Made by a program: the position numbers and the translations under genes
NCBI GenBank assembly: GCA_039028615.1
Contig: JBCCHT010000003.1
Span: forward strand, 32,001-96,000
Source: Myxococcota bacterium
GTDB taxonomy: Bacteria; Myxococcota_A; Polyangia; Nannocystales; Nannocystaceae
Length of the DNA: 64,000 bases
Reading direction: 5' to 3'
Part shown: positions 32,583 to 42,632 of the stretch, piece by piece
Layout of the letters: the number at the start of each line of letters is the position of its first letter
How positions within the stretch are numbered: the first letter of the stretch is position 1
Notes under the pieces: model-generated
What the model saw: only the letters and a program-made list of their open reading frames with translations
The model's database searches: none
What the model was told of the DNA's origin: nothing

Positions 32583-34397
32583 ATGACCATGCCTCGCCTC
32601 CGCTCGACCCGCTGCTCGTCCTTCCTCGGCGCGACGTCCATCGCCGTGCTGGCCTCGTCGATGGCCCTCACCGCGTGCGGCACCGATGGCCTGCAGTCGG
32701 CGACGAGCCTCGATCCTCCCATCGACACCTACGACCCCTCGGATGGTCGGCCCGGCGGCGGCGATGGCTACGACACGACGGGCGGCATGGCCACGGGGGG
32801 CAACGACGACACCTCGGGCGACGACGGCCCGCCGCCTCCGCCCCCCGCCCAGGGCACCTGGGACTGGCGCGACTCGATCATCTACTTCGTGTTCGTCGAC
32901 CGCTTCGAAAACGGCGACCTGAGCAACGACGGCCAGATCGGCGGCGAGGTCGAGGACCCCGCGGACTGGTACGGCGGCGACTGGCAGGGGGTCATCGATC
33001 GCATCGACGAGGGCTACTTCAACGAGCTGGGCATCAACACGCTGTGGATCACGGTGCCCATGGACAACACCAGCGCGGCCGGGCTGGGCGTGGGCGGCGA
33101 TACGCACCTGTACGCCGGCTACCACGGCTACTGGCCCTCCGATCTCGAGACCACCGAGGAGCACTTCGGCACGCTCGAGCTGTTGCAGACGCTGGTCACG
33201 GTGGCCCACGATCACGACCTCAAGGTCATCTTCGACTACGCCATGAACCACGTGCACTCCGACTCGCCGGCGTTCACGGAGAACCCGGACTGGTTCTGGC
33301 CCAACGACAACGGGGCGGGCGGCAACTGCATCTGTGGTGAGGGCTGCTCGTGGGACGGCGACGAAGGCCGCCGCTGCTGGTTCACCGGGTACCTGCCCGA
33401 CTTCAACTTCAGCAACCAGGACGCGCGCGACTTCTCCGTCGACAACGCCATCGCCTGGGCCCAGATGACGGGCGCGGACGGCTTCCGCCTCGACGCGGTC
33501 AAGCACATCGAAGACTCCTGGCTGCTCGACCTGCGCCTGCGCAGCAATGACGAGCTCGACCAGTACAACGACGACGGCGACCTGTCGCAGCGCTTTTATA
33601 TGGTCGGCGAGACCTTCACCGGGGACCAGGGGCAGATCGCCTACTACGTCCGCGACGACATGCTCGACGGGCAGTTCGACTTCCCGCTGCGCACGGCGAT
33701 CGTCGACCGCGTGCTCATGCGCCAGGGCTCGATGAGCGACCTGGCCGGGTTCATGGACGGCAACGACGGCTTCTACTGGTCGGGCGCGGTGATGAGCACC
33801 TTCATCGGCAACCACGACTTGCCGCGGGTCATTCACTACGCCGAGGACGCGCCGCGCTCTGGCACCGACCCGTGGTGGAACGACAAGGAGCTGGGCTGGT
33901 CCAACCCTCCGCCCGTGCCGGGCGGCACCTCGGCCTTCGAGCGCTTGGTGGTCGGCTTCGGCATCGTCATGACCACCCCGGGCGCGCCGCTGGTCTACTA
34001 CGGGGACGAGATCGGCTTGGCGGGGGCGGGCGATCCCGACAACCGTCGCCCCATGGATTGGAACTCCGGCGGCTACACGGCGGGCCAGCAGCTGGTCAAC
34101 GATCAGCTCAAGCGGCTCACGGCCATCCGCGCCGCGCACCCGGCCACTCGGTACGGCATTCGCAGCACGCTCTCGAGCGAATTCGACACCTTCAGCTACC
34201 AGATGGAGCTGTCGGCAGGAGACCCCGAGCTCGACGAGACCCTATATGTGGCGATCAACCGGGCCGACGGCGCCAACGATGTCGGTGGGCTGCCCGATGG
34301 CACCTACCTCGACGAGCTTGCCAACGAAATGGTCACCGTCTCCGGCGGGGCCGTGAACGTGCCCGCCCGCGGCATCCGGGTGCTCATTCCGCAGTAG
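32583..34397 (+). CDS. GH13 alpha-amylase family lipoprotein
   Basis: LTAC lipobox; IYFVFVDRF, YHGYW, GFRLDAVKH, GETF, GNHD and YYGDE motifs. Confidence 0.92.
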   Translation: MTMPRLRSTRCSSFLGATSIAVLASSMALTACGTDGLQSATSLDPPIDTYDPSDGRPGGGDGYDTTGGMATGGNDDTSGDDGPPPPPPAQGTWDWRDSIIYFVFVDRFENGDLSNDGQIGGEVEDPADWYGGDWQGVIDRIDEGYFNELGINTLWITVPMDNTSAAGLGVGGDTHLYAGYHGYWPSDLETTEEHFGTLELLQTLVTVAHDHDLKVIFDYAMNHVHSDSPAFTENPDWFWPNDNGAGGNCICGEGCSWDGDEGRRCWFTGYLPDFNFSNQDARDFSVDNAIAWAQMTGADGFRLDAVKHIEDSWLLDLRLRSNDELDQYNDDGDLSQRFYMVGETFTGDQGQIAYYVRDDMLDGQFDFPLRTAIVDRVLMRQGSMSDLAGFMDGNDGFYWSGAVMSTFIGNHDLPRVIHYAEDAPRSGTDPWWNDKELGWSNPPPVPGGTSAFERLVVGFGIVMTTPGAPLVYYGDEIGLAGAGDPDNRRPMDWNSGGYTAGQQLVNDQLKRLTAIRAAHPATRYGIRSTLSSEFDTFSYQMELSAGDPELDETLYVAINRADGANDVGGLPDGTYLDELANEMVTVSGGAVNVPARGIRVLIPQ

Positions 34398-34405
34398 GCC
34401 CCACG

Positions 34406-34435
34406 CGGTTCTTTGCAACTCGATTGCAAGAACCG
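34406..34435. promoter_or_regulatory. Palindromic operator TTGCAA-N5-TTGCAA upstream of the Fur-family gene
   Basis: CGGTTCTTTGCAACTCGATTGCAAGAACCG; related boxes at 35002 and 38371. Confidence 0.6.
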
Positions 34436-34487
34436 AAGGGATGTCGCATGCTCGGGCCTCATCCCCCCCTCTGGACACCCAGTTCTC

Positions 34488-34937
34488 ATGCCTGACGTCG
34501 ACCCAACCATTCGCGACGCACTCCGCCAGGCCGGCCTGCGCGCGACACCGGCGAGGGTCGCGGTGCTCGACGCCGTTCGCAAGGCCGAGGCGCTCCTGAG
34601 TCACTCGGAGATCGTCACTTTGCTCGATGGGCAGGGGTGGGATCCGGCCACCATCTTCCGCAACCTCACTGCGTTGGTCGAAGCGGGGTTCATTCGCCGA
34701 ACCGACGTGGGCGACCATGTCTGGCGCTTCGAGGCCCTCACGGAGGAAGAGGACGAGCCGGGTCATCTGTTGACTCACGAGCACGCGCACTTCCTGTGCA
34801 CGGGCTGTGGCGAGGTCTCCTGCATGCCGGAGCTCCAGCTCCAGCTCCAGCTCCCCCGGGGTAAGCAGGTCCCGCAGTCGGTGCGCGCGCAAGAGGTGCG
34901 CATCCAGCTCCAGGGTCTGTGCGACGAGTGCGGCTGA
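34488..34937 (+). CDS. Fur family metalloregulator (Zur/Nur-like)
   Basis: GLRATPARVAVL, ATIFRNL, HEHAHFLCTGCG and GLCDEC motifs. Confidence 0.92.
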   Translation: MPDVDPTIRDALRQAGLRATPARVAVLDAVRKAEALLSHSEIVTLLDGQGWDPATIFRNLTALVEAGFIRRTDVGDHVWRFEALTEEEDEPGHLLTHEHAHFLCTGCGEVSCMPELQLQLQLPRGKQVPQSVRAQEVRIQLQGLCDECG

Positions 34938-35001
34938 GTCAAAGGTCGCGGTAAACACCCCAATCTCACCCGTACGCGGTGTTACCGGCGGTTGTTTCTA
35001 C

Positions 35002-35018
35002 TTGCAATTGTATTGTAT
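35002..35018. promoter_or_regulatory. Putative Fur-family box upstream of the TonB receptor
   Basis: TTGCAATTGTATTGTAT, 30 bp before the ATG at 35048. Confidence 0.55.
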
Positions 35019-35047
35019 GTGGGCCGGACCCGCTTCGGGAACCCACA

Positions 35048-37459
35048 ATGAGCGCGTCCACCCTCGCCATCGCGCTGGGCCTCATCGGCCCGGTCGAATG
35101 CACCGATACGGTGGCGGGACGCGTGATCGACCAGGCCACGGACGAGCCGATCACGGGGGCGGTGGTGCGGTTGGGCGAGGCCGAGGTGGAGACGGACGAG
35201 ACCGGCCACTTCGAGCTGGTCGACGTGTGCCCCGGTGACCACGCCCTGTTCGTGGAGGGGCCCGACCACGAGCCGGTCAAGCGCGACGTCAGCGTGCACG
35301 GGCACGTCGAGGTCGATGTGCATGCGCTGCTTCGTGAGCACGGGGCCGAGCACGAGGACCACGTCGTGGTGCAGGTCGAGGCGGCCCAACCCACCCAGAC
35401 CAAGGCTTCGACCACCCTCGACGGGGAGCGCCTGGCTCGGACCCGCGGGCAGGACTTCGCCGAAGCCCTCAGCGGAGTGGCCGGGGTCAGCGTGCTGCGC
35501 TCGTCCGCGGGCGGCATGGGCAAGCCGATCATTCGCGGGCAGTACGGCCGCCGCAACCTGATCCTCAACAACGGGGTGCGCCACGAAGGGCAGCGCTGGG
35601 GCATCGACCATGCGCCCGAGATCGATCCGCTCTCAGCGGGCAGCATCACCGTGATCAAGGGCGCGGGCTCCATTCGCTACGGGCCCGACGCGGTCGGCGG
35701 GGTGGTGCTGGTCGAGCCGCCCCCCTTGCCGCGCTCGCCGGGGGTCTCCGGTCAGGCCCACTTGGTGGGCTCGAGCAACGCCCGTCGGGGCCTGGTCGCG
35801 GGCCGGGTCGACGGGGCGCATCGCAGGCTCCCCGGGTTCGTGTGGCGGGCCGAGGGCAATGTCTCGCGCGGCGGCTCCGAGGTGGCGCCCGACTACCCGC
35901 TCGACAACACCGCGGCGCTGCTGTGGAACGCGGGCGGCACGCTGGGCTACCTGGGCAAGGACATCGAGACGACCTTGTCGTATCGCCGCCACTTCATGAA
36001 GGCGGGGCTGTGTAGCTGCCTGCGCAACGACACGCCCGAGGCCTTCGAGCAGAGCTTTGCCTTCGAGGCGCCCATCGGCTCGGAGCTGTACCAGGCCGAC
36101 TACGAGATCGAGCGCGCGTTCCAGCGAGTGACGCACGACCTGGCGCTCGCGCGCATGCGAGCCGGGCTGGGGCGGGCAGGGCAGCTCACCGCGACCTATG
36201 CGTTCCAAGACAACCGTCGCATGGAGTTCGACATCGTGCGCACGGGCGTCGAGGGCCCGCAGATCGACTTCGAGCTCCGTACCCACATGGGCGAGCTGGC
36301 CTTCGAGCACGCCCCCGTGGTGCTCGGCGAGGGCCTGTGGCTCGAGGGCACCGCCGGGACCACCGTCTCGCAGCAGGACAACGTCTTCAACTCCAACCGA
36401 ACGCTGATCCCCGACTACGACCAGTGGTCGGGCGGGGCCTTCGTGCTCGAGCGCGTGTCGACGCAGCACTTCGAGATGCAGTGGGGCATTCGCTACGACG
36501 GCATGCTGCGGACCTCGAGCCTCAGCGAGCGCGACTACCTGGGCCAGACCAACGCCGGCTACCTCGATCCCGACGAGTGCGAGCGCACCTCCAACGGCGG
36601 GGCGCGGTGCAGCTTCCCCTTCCACGCCGCCTCGGGCTCGTACGGCGTGTTGGTGCGCGCCACCGACTCGCTCGACCTGCGGCTCGACCTGAGCTCGACC
36701 GCTCGCTTTCCCAACGTCGACGAGCACTTCCTCAACGGCATCGCCCCTTCGTTTCCCGTGCTGGGTCTGGGCGGATCGGCGCTGGGGGTCGAGCGCACCT
36801 GGGGGGCGTCGCCGTCGGTGAGCTACGCCAACCACTGGATCGCCAACGAGACCTCCGTCTACGCCAACTACATCGACGACTACATCTACTTCGCGCCCGA
36901 GCCGAGCGACGGCCCGCTCGGCCTCAACCAGACCGTGCGCGGCACCTTCCCCGTGTTCTCGTTCCGCCCCGTGGACGCGGTGTTCTATGGCGGCGAGGAA
37001 GCGTTCGCCATCGCGCCGCCCAAGTGGCCCGTGTCCTTCGACGGCCAGGTCACCATCGTTCGCGCCATCGATGTCGCGAACCGGGAGTTCTTGGTCTTCG
37101 TCCCCGCCGATCGTTATCGTCTCGGCATCACCTATCACTGGCCCGAGTTCTGGAAGTTCACCCACGGCTTCGTCTCGGTGGGCGGCACCTTCGTCGATCG
37201 TCAGCGCCGTACCGATCCCGAGGCAGACTTCGCCCCGCCGCCGCCCGCCTACTTCCTGCTCGGGGCCTCGGCCGGGGTGCAGGTGCCCATGCGTCACCAG
37301 CTGCTGTCGATCGGCATCGAGGGCAACAACCTGACCAATGCTCGCTATCGGCAGTACACGAGCCTGCTGCGCTACTTCGCCGACGAGCCCGGCTGGGACC
37401 TTCGCCTGCGCCTGAGCCTGGACTTCACCATCCACGCCCCCCGGCGGCACCGGGACTGA
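35048..37459 (+). CDS. TonB-dependent receptor (probable metal uptake) with carboxypeptidase-regulatory-like N-domain
   Basis: GRVIDQATDEPITGA N-domain; plug motifs KPIIRG, EGQRWGIDHAPEID and VIKGAGSIRYGPDAVGG; C-terminal NNLTNARY; His-rich linker. Confidence 0.92.
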   Translation: MSASTLAIALGLIGPVECTDTVAGRVIDQATDEPITGAVVRLGEAEVETDETGHFELVDVCPGDHALFVEGPDHEPVKRDVSVHGHVEVDVHALLREHGAEHEDHVVVQVEAAQPTQTKASTTLDGERLARTRGQDFAEALSGVAGVSVLRSSAGGMGKPIIRGQYGRRNLILNNGVRHEGQRWGIDHAPEIDPLSAGSITVIKGAGSIRYGPDAVGGVVLVEPPPLPRSPGVSGQAHLVGSSNARRGLVAGRVDGAHRRLPGFVWRAEGNVSRGGSEVAPDYPLDNTAALLWNAGGTLGYLGKDIETTLSYRRHFMKAGLCSCLRNDTPEAFEQSFAFEAPIGSELYQADYEIERAFQRVTHDLALARMRAGLGRAGQLTATYAFQDNRRMEFDIVRTGVEGPQIDFELRTHMGELAFEHAPVVLGEGLWLEGTAGTTVSQQDNVFNSNRTLIPDYDQWSGGAFVLERVSTQHFEMQWGIRYDGMLRTSSLSERDYLGQTNAGYLDPDECERTSNGGARCSFPFHAASGSYGVLVRATDSLDLRLDLSSTARFPNVDEHFLNGIAPSFPVLGLGGSALGVERTWGASPSVSYANHWIANETSVYANYIDDYIYFAPEPSDGPLGLNQTVRGTFPVFSFRPVDAVFYGGEEAFAIAPPKWPVSFDGQVTIVRAIDVANREFLVFVPADRYRLGITYHWPEFWKFTHGFVSVGGTFVDRQRRTDPEADFAPPPPAYFLLGASAGVQVPMRHQLLSIGIEGNNLTNARYRQYTSLLRYFADEPGWDLRLRLSLDFTIHAPRRHRD

Positions 37460-37469
37460 GCGTCGCCCT

Positions 37470-38281
37470 TCACTCCTCGGTCTCGCGCTCGTCGGCCAGC
37501 TTGGCGAGCTTGGGGTAGCGCTCCAGCGCCTGCTCGCCGAGCTCGTCCAGCCATTGCGAGAGCCGGGTCTTGGTGGTCCGCAGCTGCACCGGATCCGCCT
37601 CGAGGGCCTCCAGCCGCTTCTTCAGCAGCTTCCGCGCCTGCCGAATGCGCCCGTGCACGGTGTTGAGGCTGACCCCCAGCGCCTCGCCCAGCTCGGGCCC
37701 GCTGAAACCTCCCACACGTACAGCTCGAACGCGATCTGGTGCTTCCAGTCGAGCCCCCGCAATGCATCGAGCAGGACCTGGTCTTGGCCCGTACCCAGCA
37801 GGCCGGGCAGGGGGGGGCCCGGGTCGACGACCTGAGCCTCGGCGACGCTGTTGAAGGTCTGAGGATCGCGGGCGTGCTCGCGGAAGTACTCCTTGAGCTT
37901 GTTGTTGGCGATGCCGAACAGGTAGACCTCGAAGCGCGACTTGCCGGCGAAGCCCTTGGGGTTCTCGACGCAGACGGCCAGCGTCTCTTGCACGAGGTCG
38001 GCGATGTCTCGGTTGATGCGGCGGCCGAAGAAGTCGTGGAGCCGATCGTAGTAGTGGGCGAACAGTCGCTTGCCCGCCTTCTTGTCGCCCGCCTGCCATG
38101 CCGCGAGCTCGGTCCGGTCGATGAGGTCTCGCTTTTGTTGGCGCTCACGCTTGGCCGCGAGCGCCCGCTTCTTCTTTGACGATGGGCCGGACGGGGGACG
38201 GTTCACGGGCTCGACGTTCCGAGCGGGGCGTCGCCCACCACGGCGTTGCATCCGCGATGGACGAGAGATTTCGGGGGACAC
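37470..38281 (-). pseudogene. ECF sigma factor with 1-bp frameshift (or sequencing error); start uncertain
   Basis: Sigma2 lies in ORF 37622-38281 and sigma4 in ORF 37470-38099. The junction reads TGG GAG GT TTC AGC; one extra G at 37708-37709 restores WEGFSGPEL. Confidence 0.8.
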
Positions 38282-38403
38282 GAAGCTCGGGGCTCATCGG
38301 CTACTAGTGTCCCGGTCGGGTCGGCTCGTCAGCGGCGTGGTTAGATTTCGCCCATCACCATGAAATTCAAACGCAATTTTCTTGCGAATGGCCCCGCCGG
38401 AGC

Positions 38404-40284
38404 TCAGTGGTGGTGGTGCCCGTGATCGTGATCGTGATCGTGATGATCGTGATCATGATGATGGTGGTGATGGCCGTGGCTATGGCCATGGCCGTGCCCG
38501 TGATCATGGTCGTGATCGTGGGTATGGGACCCCTCGAGGATCTCGAGCCACGGGCGCAGGCCCCAGCGCCATAGCTGGGCCACCAACACCAGGCCCAAGA
38601 TGGCGATCGCACCGAAGCTCGTGACGCCATGTCCGTGCTCGTGCTGGAGCTGCTCGGGCACATACGCGGGGACGCCCACCAGGTTGACGGCGTAGGCCAT
38701 GGCGATGCTGACCACCAGGGTCACGCACACGCCCAGCAATACGGCCCGGGTGCCATAGCCGCGGCGCAGCACGCCGATGGTGGCGAGGTTGGTGGCGGGG
38801 CCGAGCAACAAGCCCACCAGCACCGCGCCCGGCGACACACCCTTGAGCACGAGGACGGCCGCCATGGGCGTGGCCGATGCGGCGCACACGTAGCTCGGCA
38901 TGGCGACGGCGGCGACGACCAATACGTCGAGCCCGGAGTCGGCCAGCCCGGCGAGCGAGCCTTCGCCCAGCACCACCTGGAGGAACGCGGCGGCGAGCAA
39001 TCCCACCACCGTCCACGGGGCGGTGTGCAGCACCAGCTCGTCGAAGTAGCCGTAGATCCGACTCAGCGTGCGGCCATGCGCGGCGGCGCCGGCCAGCAGT
39101 GTCTCGCCCGGGTGCGGCCGCTGGGTCCGGGGCGGCACCGCGTCGACCAACCGAGCGAAGGCCACCGCCACCAGCAGCGCGAGACCGAGGGCGGCGACCA
39201 GGCGCAAGATGGCGAAGGGCCAGCCCAGGAATCGAACGGTGAGGGTGAGCGTCTCCGGGCCGAGCTCCGGCGTGGCGATGAGGAACGCCATGACCAGAGC
39301 CGGCCCCGCGCCGCGCTTGCGCAGGGATTCGGCCAGGGGCAGGACCCCGCACGCACACAGCGGCAGCGGGGCACCCACCGCGATTCCCCGCAGAGCCTGG
39401 GTCCACGAGCCGCCGCTCGAGTAGTAGCGCGAGGGAATGCGCGAGCCGACGATCTGCAGCACGGCGCCCAGGGCCAGCCCGAGGATCAGCATCGGCGCGG
39501 TCTCGGCCATCAGCTCGATGAAGGCGTCGCTGATCTCGCTGCGAATGACCGAGCTGTGGTTGTCGGTGGACAGGGCCGCCCACAGCGGCAGCCCCACGCC
39601 GATCGCCGCCCCCAAGACGTCGAGGGCGCTGGTCCAGAGCCGCCGTCGCCCCGTTTGCCCGTGGTCGGGGTGGAAGATCACGTGCACCAAAAAACCCGCG
39701 ATGCCGGCCGAGAGCCAGGGGTGCAGGTCGAGGTGCAGACGTTGGTGCACCACGCCGGCCAGCACGAAGCCGAGCACGGTGGCCCCCGCGATCCCGAAGG
39801 TGCGGCGCATCGCGCTGGCGCGGCCGCCATGCGCCACCGCCTCGGCGACGAACACCGCGGACAACGGCAACGTGTGGGCCGCGACCGCGACGATCAACGA
39901 CTCGTGCCCGTGTCCGGCGTGGTCGGCCCCCGCGAAGGTGCCGATGGCCAGGCCTTCGGCGAGCTGGTGCGCCAAGAACCCGTAGAACCCGAGCTCGGTG
40001 CCCACGCGGTGCGTGGAGACCTCGACCGAGGGACGCAGACGGCGGGCGATCGGTGCCAGCAGGCCGGGCAAGGCCAGCGCCACCACGAACACGATCAGCG
40101 CACCGCCGCCGATCTCGGCGATGGCATCGGGCAACAGCTGCACGACGACCGCGGTGCCCACCGCCGCCACGGCGAAGGTCCGCAGCGGCCCGAGCCACGA
40201 GCCTTCTCGACGGCTCAGCCCACCGACCATCGCCCCCGCGAGGATCGAGCCCACGGTGATCGCGATCGCTTCGATCACGGGCAC
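38404..40284 (-). CDS. Metal permease: ZIP-like N-terminal domain fused to DUF318/ArsP-type permease, His-rich tail
   Basis: HQLAEGLAIG...AAHTLP (ZIP-like); LPLCACGVLP, FLIATPE, SYVCAASATP and GPATN (DUF318); poly-His/Asp C-terminus. Confidence 0.85.
   Translation of the reverse strand: MPVIEAIAITVGSILAGAMVGGLSRREGSWLGPLRTFAVAAVGTAVVVQLLPDAIAEIGGGALIVFVVALALPGLLAPIARRLRPSVEVSTHRVGTELGFYGFLAHQLAEGLAIGTFAGADHAGHGHESLIVAVAAHTLPLSAVFVAEAVAHGGRASAMRRTFGIAGATVLGFVLAGVVHQRLHLDLHPWLSAGIAGFLVHVIFHPDHGQTGRRRLWTSALDVLGAAIGVGLPLWAALSTDNHSSVIRSEISDAFIELMAETAPMLILGLALGAVLQIVGSRIPSRYYSSGGSWTQALRGIAVGAPLPLCACGVLPLAESLRKRGAGPALVMAFLIATPELGPETLTLTVRFLGWPFAILRLVAALGLALLVAVAFARLVDAVPPRTQRPHPGETLLAGAAAHGRTLSRIYGYFDELVLHTAPWTVVGLLAAAFLQVVLGEGSLAGLADSGLDVLVVAAVAMPSYVCAASATPMAAVLVLKGVSPGAVLVGLLLGPATNLATIGVLRRGYGTRAVLLGVCVTLVVSIAMAYAVNLVGVPAYVPEQLQHEHGHGVTSFGAIAILGLVLVAQLWRWGLRPWLEILEGSHTHDHDHDHGHGHGHSHGHHHHHHDHDHHDHDHDHGHHHH
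38407..38523 (-). repeat. His/Asp/Gly low-complexity coding repeat
   Basis: CGTGAT/TGGCCG-type hexamer repeats encoding HTHDHDHDHGHGHSHGHHHHHHDHDHHDHDHDHGHHHH. Confidence 0.85.
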
Positions 40285-40430
40285 CTCTGCCGTCGGGCTG
40301 CCATCCGGCGCAATGTAGCTCGCATTGCCCTCGGTGCGCAGCCTTCGGCCCCAACGACGACGAGCCGCGCTCCCGGAGGTGCGCGGCCCGCTGTTCCTGG
40401 CCCCATGAGGCCGGACTCACGTGGAGCGGC

Positions 40431-41285
40431 TCAGACCTTGGCTTTACCCTTGGCGATGGTCTTGGCGTAGACCTGGGCCTTGGGGGTGCCAGCGGCGACG
40501 AGCTTGGCCGCCTTGGCCTTCTCCTCGTCGATCAGCTTCTTGAAGGCGGGGAAGGGCTGCGCTCCGGACAGGAAGCGGCCGTTGACGAAGAAGGCGGGGG
40601 TGCCCCGGGCCCCGAGCGTGGTGCCCTGGCTCTGCTGACTGGTGACCTTCTTGGCGAGGGCCGGGTCGGCCAGGTCCTTCTTGAATTTCTCGACGTCGAG
40701 GCCCAGCTCGCCGGCCCACGTGACGAAGTTCTCGTCGGTGAGCGCCTTTTGGTTGGCGAAGAGCTTGTCGTGCATGTCCCAGAACTTGCCCTGGCGACCG
40801 GCGGCCTCGGCCGCGAGCGCGGCGGGCTTGGCTCGCGGGTGGAAGCCCAGCGGGTTGTGCTTGAAGGCGATGCGCACCTCGTCGCCGTACTCCTCGGCGA
40901 TCTGCTTGAGGGTGGGCGTGACCCGGCTGCAGTACGGACACTGGAAGTCCGACCACTCGACCACGGTGACCAGCGCATCGGTGGGACCCTTGGCGTGGGC
41001 GTCGCCGACGGGCACTTTGTAGGTCAGCTTGGGGTCGGGGCGGCCGGGCTGCGGGCCCTTGGGCGCGGCCTTGCCGGGCGCAGCGGGGGCCGCTTTGGCC
41101 GCCTCGGCCACTTTGGCCTCGAGGGAGTCGAGGCGAGCGAGGACTTGGGTCTGGCCGTCGGCGATCTGGTTGAGACGCTCGTTGACCTGGGCGAATCCGC
41201 CTGCGCCCTGGCAGCCGGCGATGGTGAACGACGCGCCGAGCAGCGCGGTCATGCTCAATCCGAGGAGAGTGGATCGTCGGTTCAT
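40431..41285 (-). CDS. DsbA-family thiol:disulfide oxidoreductase lipoprotein
   Basis: IAGC lipobox, coiled coil, WSDFQCPYC and GTPAFFVNG motifs. Confidence 0.9.
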   Translation of the reverse strand: MNRRSTLLGLSMTALLGASFTIAGCQGAGGFAQVNERLNQIADGQTQVLARLDSLEAKVAEAAKAAPAAPGKAAPKGPQPGRPDPKLTYKVPVGDAHAKGPTDALVTVVEWSDFQCPYCSRVTPTLKQIAEEYGDEVRIAFKHNPLGFHPRAKPAALAAEAAGRQGKFWDMHDKLFANQKALTDENFVTWAGELGLDVEKFKKDLADPALAKKVTSQQSQGTTLGARGTPAFFVNGRFLSGAQPFPAFKKLIDEEKAKAAKLVAAGTPKAQVYAKTIAKGKAKV

Positions 41286-41533
41286 GGGGTTGCTTTCTCG
41301 TAGGGAGTGTCTGGACCGAGGGGTTCCGCAGCTCCGCTGGGGATGCAGGTGCACGCGCCGGGCTCGCGGCTCGGGCGCGTCATCACCTCTCTCATCGGGC
41401 AGACACGCGTTATAACGGCACGAGGGTCGCGAAAGGAAAGGACGGTTTTCGGGAATCCGTACCCTCGGATTTGCCGCAGGCCGTACCGACGAATCCGTGC
41501 GGTCACTCACCCATTTAGGGGACGCCTTCGTTC

Positions 41534-42526
41534 TCAGCGCGAGCCGTAGTTGTGCGCGCTCGACTCTTCGTTGCGATCGGTCGCAGGTGGGGGCGCGGGG
41601 TTCAGCGCGGAGATGGCTTCGTACAGCTCGGAGGACAGCTCGACGTCGGCCGCCTTCAAGCACGGCTCGAGCTGCTCCAGGTTGCGTGCACCGAGTAGCG
41701 GCGCGGTGACGCCGGGATGCGCTGCGACCCAAGCAATCGCGAGTGCGGCGGGCTCGTAGCCGTGCTCTGCCGCGAGCGCGGTGAAGCGCTCGGCGACCTC
41801 GAAGTTGTGGGCGTCGCCGTAGCGCACGCCATACATCTTGTTGTCGACGATGCGGCCTTGCTCCGGTCGTCGCTCGACGCCGTACTTACCCGTGAGCAGG
41901 CCGCCTGCCAGCGGGCTGTAGGTCAGGCACCCGAGGCCTTCGGCCTCGCACATCGGCAGAATCTCCACCTCGGCCTGACGCTTGAGCAGGTTGTACATCG
42001 GCTGCACGCAGACGGTGGGGGCCCAGCCGTGGCGCTCGGCCACCCCCAGCGCGCGGGCGGTCTGCCAGGCCGAGAAATTGCTGACGGCGGGATAAAGGAC
42101 CTTGCCCGACTGCACCAAGTGCTCCACTTCGCGGAGCGTCTCGTCCATGGGCGTGCGGTCGTCCATGCGGTGCAAGAAGAAGATGTCGATGACCTCGGTG
42201 TTCAGCCGACGCAGGCTCGCCTCGACGGCGCGGCGCAGGTGGTAGCGGCTGCTGCCGCGATCGTTGGGACCCGAGCCGGTCGGGAAGTAGGCCTTGGTGG
42301 TGATCACCACCTCGTCGCGACTGCTCGCGATCAAGCGGCCGAGGACTTCTTCCGCGCGACCCTGGTGATAGACGTCGGCGCAGTCGAACAGGTTGATGCC
42401 CGCGTCGCGGCACCGGTCGAACATCGCCGACGCGGTGGCCTCGTGGTCGTCGGCGCCGAAAGACATGGTGCCGAAGGCCAGCCGGGAAACGCGAAGTCCA
42501 CTACGACCGAGGAAGACGTGCTCCAT
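41534..42526 (-). CDS. Aldo/keto reductase
   Basis: LAFGTMSFG, DCADVY, YSPLAGGLLTGKY. Confidence 0.93.
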   Translation of the reverse strand: MEHVFLGRSGLRVSRLAFGTMSFGADDHEATASAMFDRCRDAGINLFDCADVYHQGRAEEVLGRLIASSRDEVVITTKAYFPTGSGPNDRGSSRYHLRRAVEASLRRLNTEVIDIFFLHRMDDRTPMDETLREVEHLVQSGKVLYPAVSNFSAWQTARALGVAERHGWAPTVCVQPMYNLLKRQAEVEILPMCEAEGLGCLTYSPLAGGLLTGKYGVERRPEQGRIVDNKMYGVRYGDAHNFEVAERFTALAAEHGYEPAALAIAWVAAHPGVTAPLLGARNLEQLEPCLKAADVELSSELYEAISALNPAPPPATDRNEESSAHNYGSR

Positions 42527-42632
42527 CGCCCGCAGGGTAGCGAGCGTCGGCGCACCCGGCTACGGATCCCGCACGGCGAGCCCACGATTGCGCGCGTCGC
42601 CCTGATCGGCCCGCGTGGTATCGTGGCGAGCG

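Noticed and set aside
34832..34853. CTCCAG tandem repeat in the Fur-family gene as a phase-variation tract
   Set aside because: It is an in-frame hexamer encoding LQLQLQL and cannot shift the frame.
41286..41533. Hairpins and a CGTTATAACG palindrome upstream of the dsbA-like gene as a riboswitch
   Set aside because: No recognisable riboswitch consensus; such hairpins are common at this GC content.
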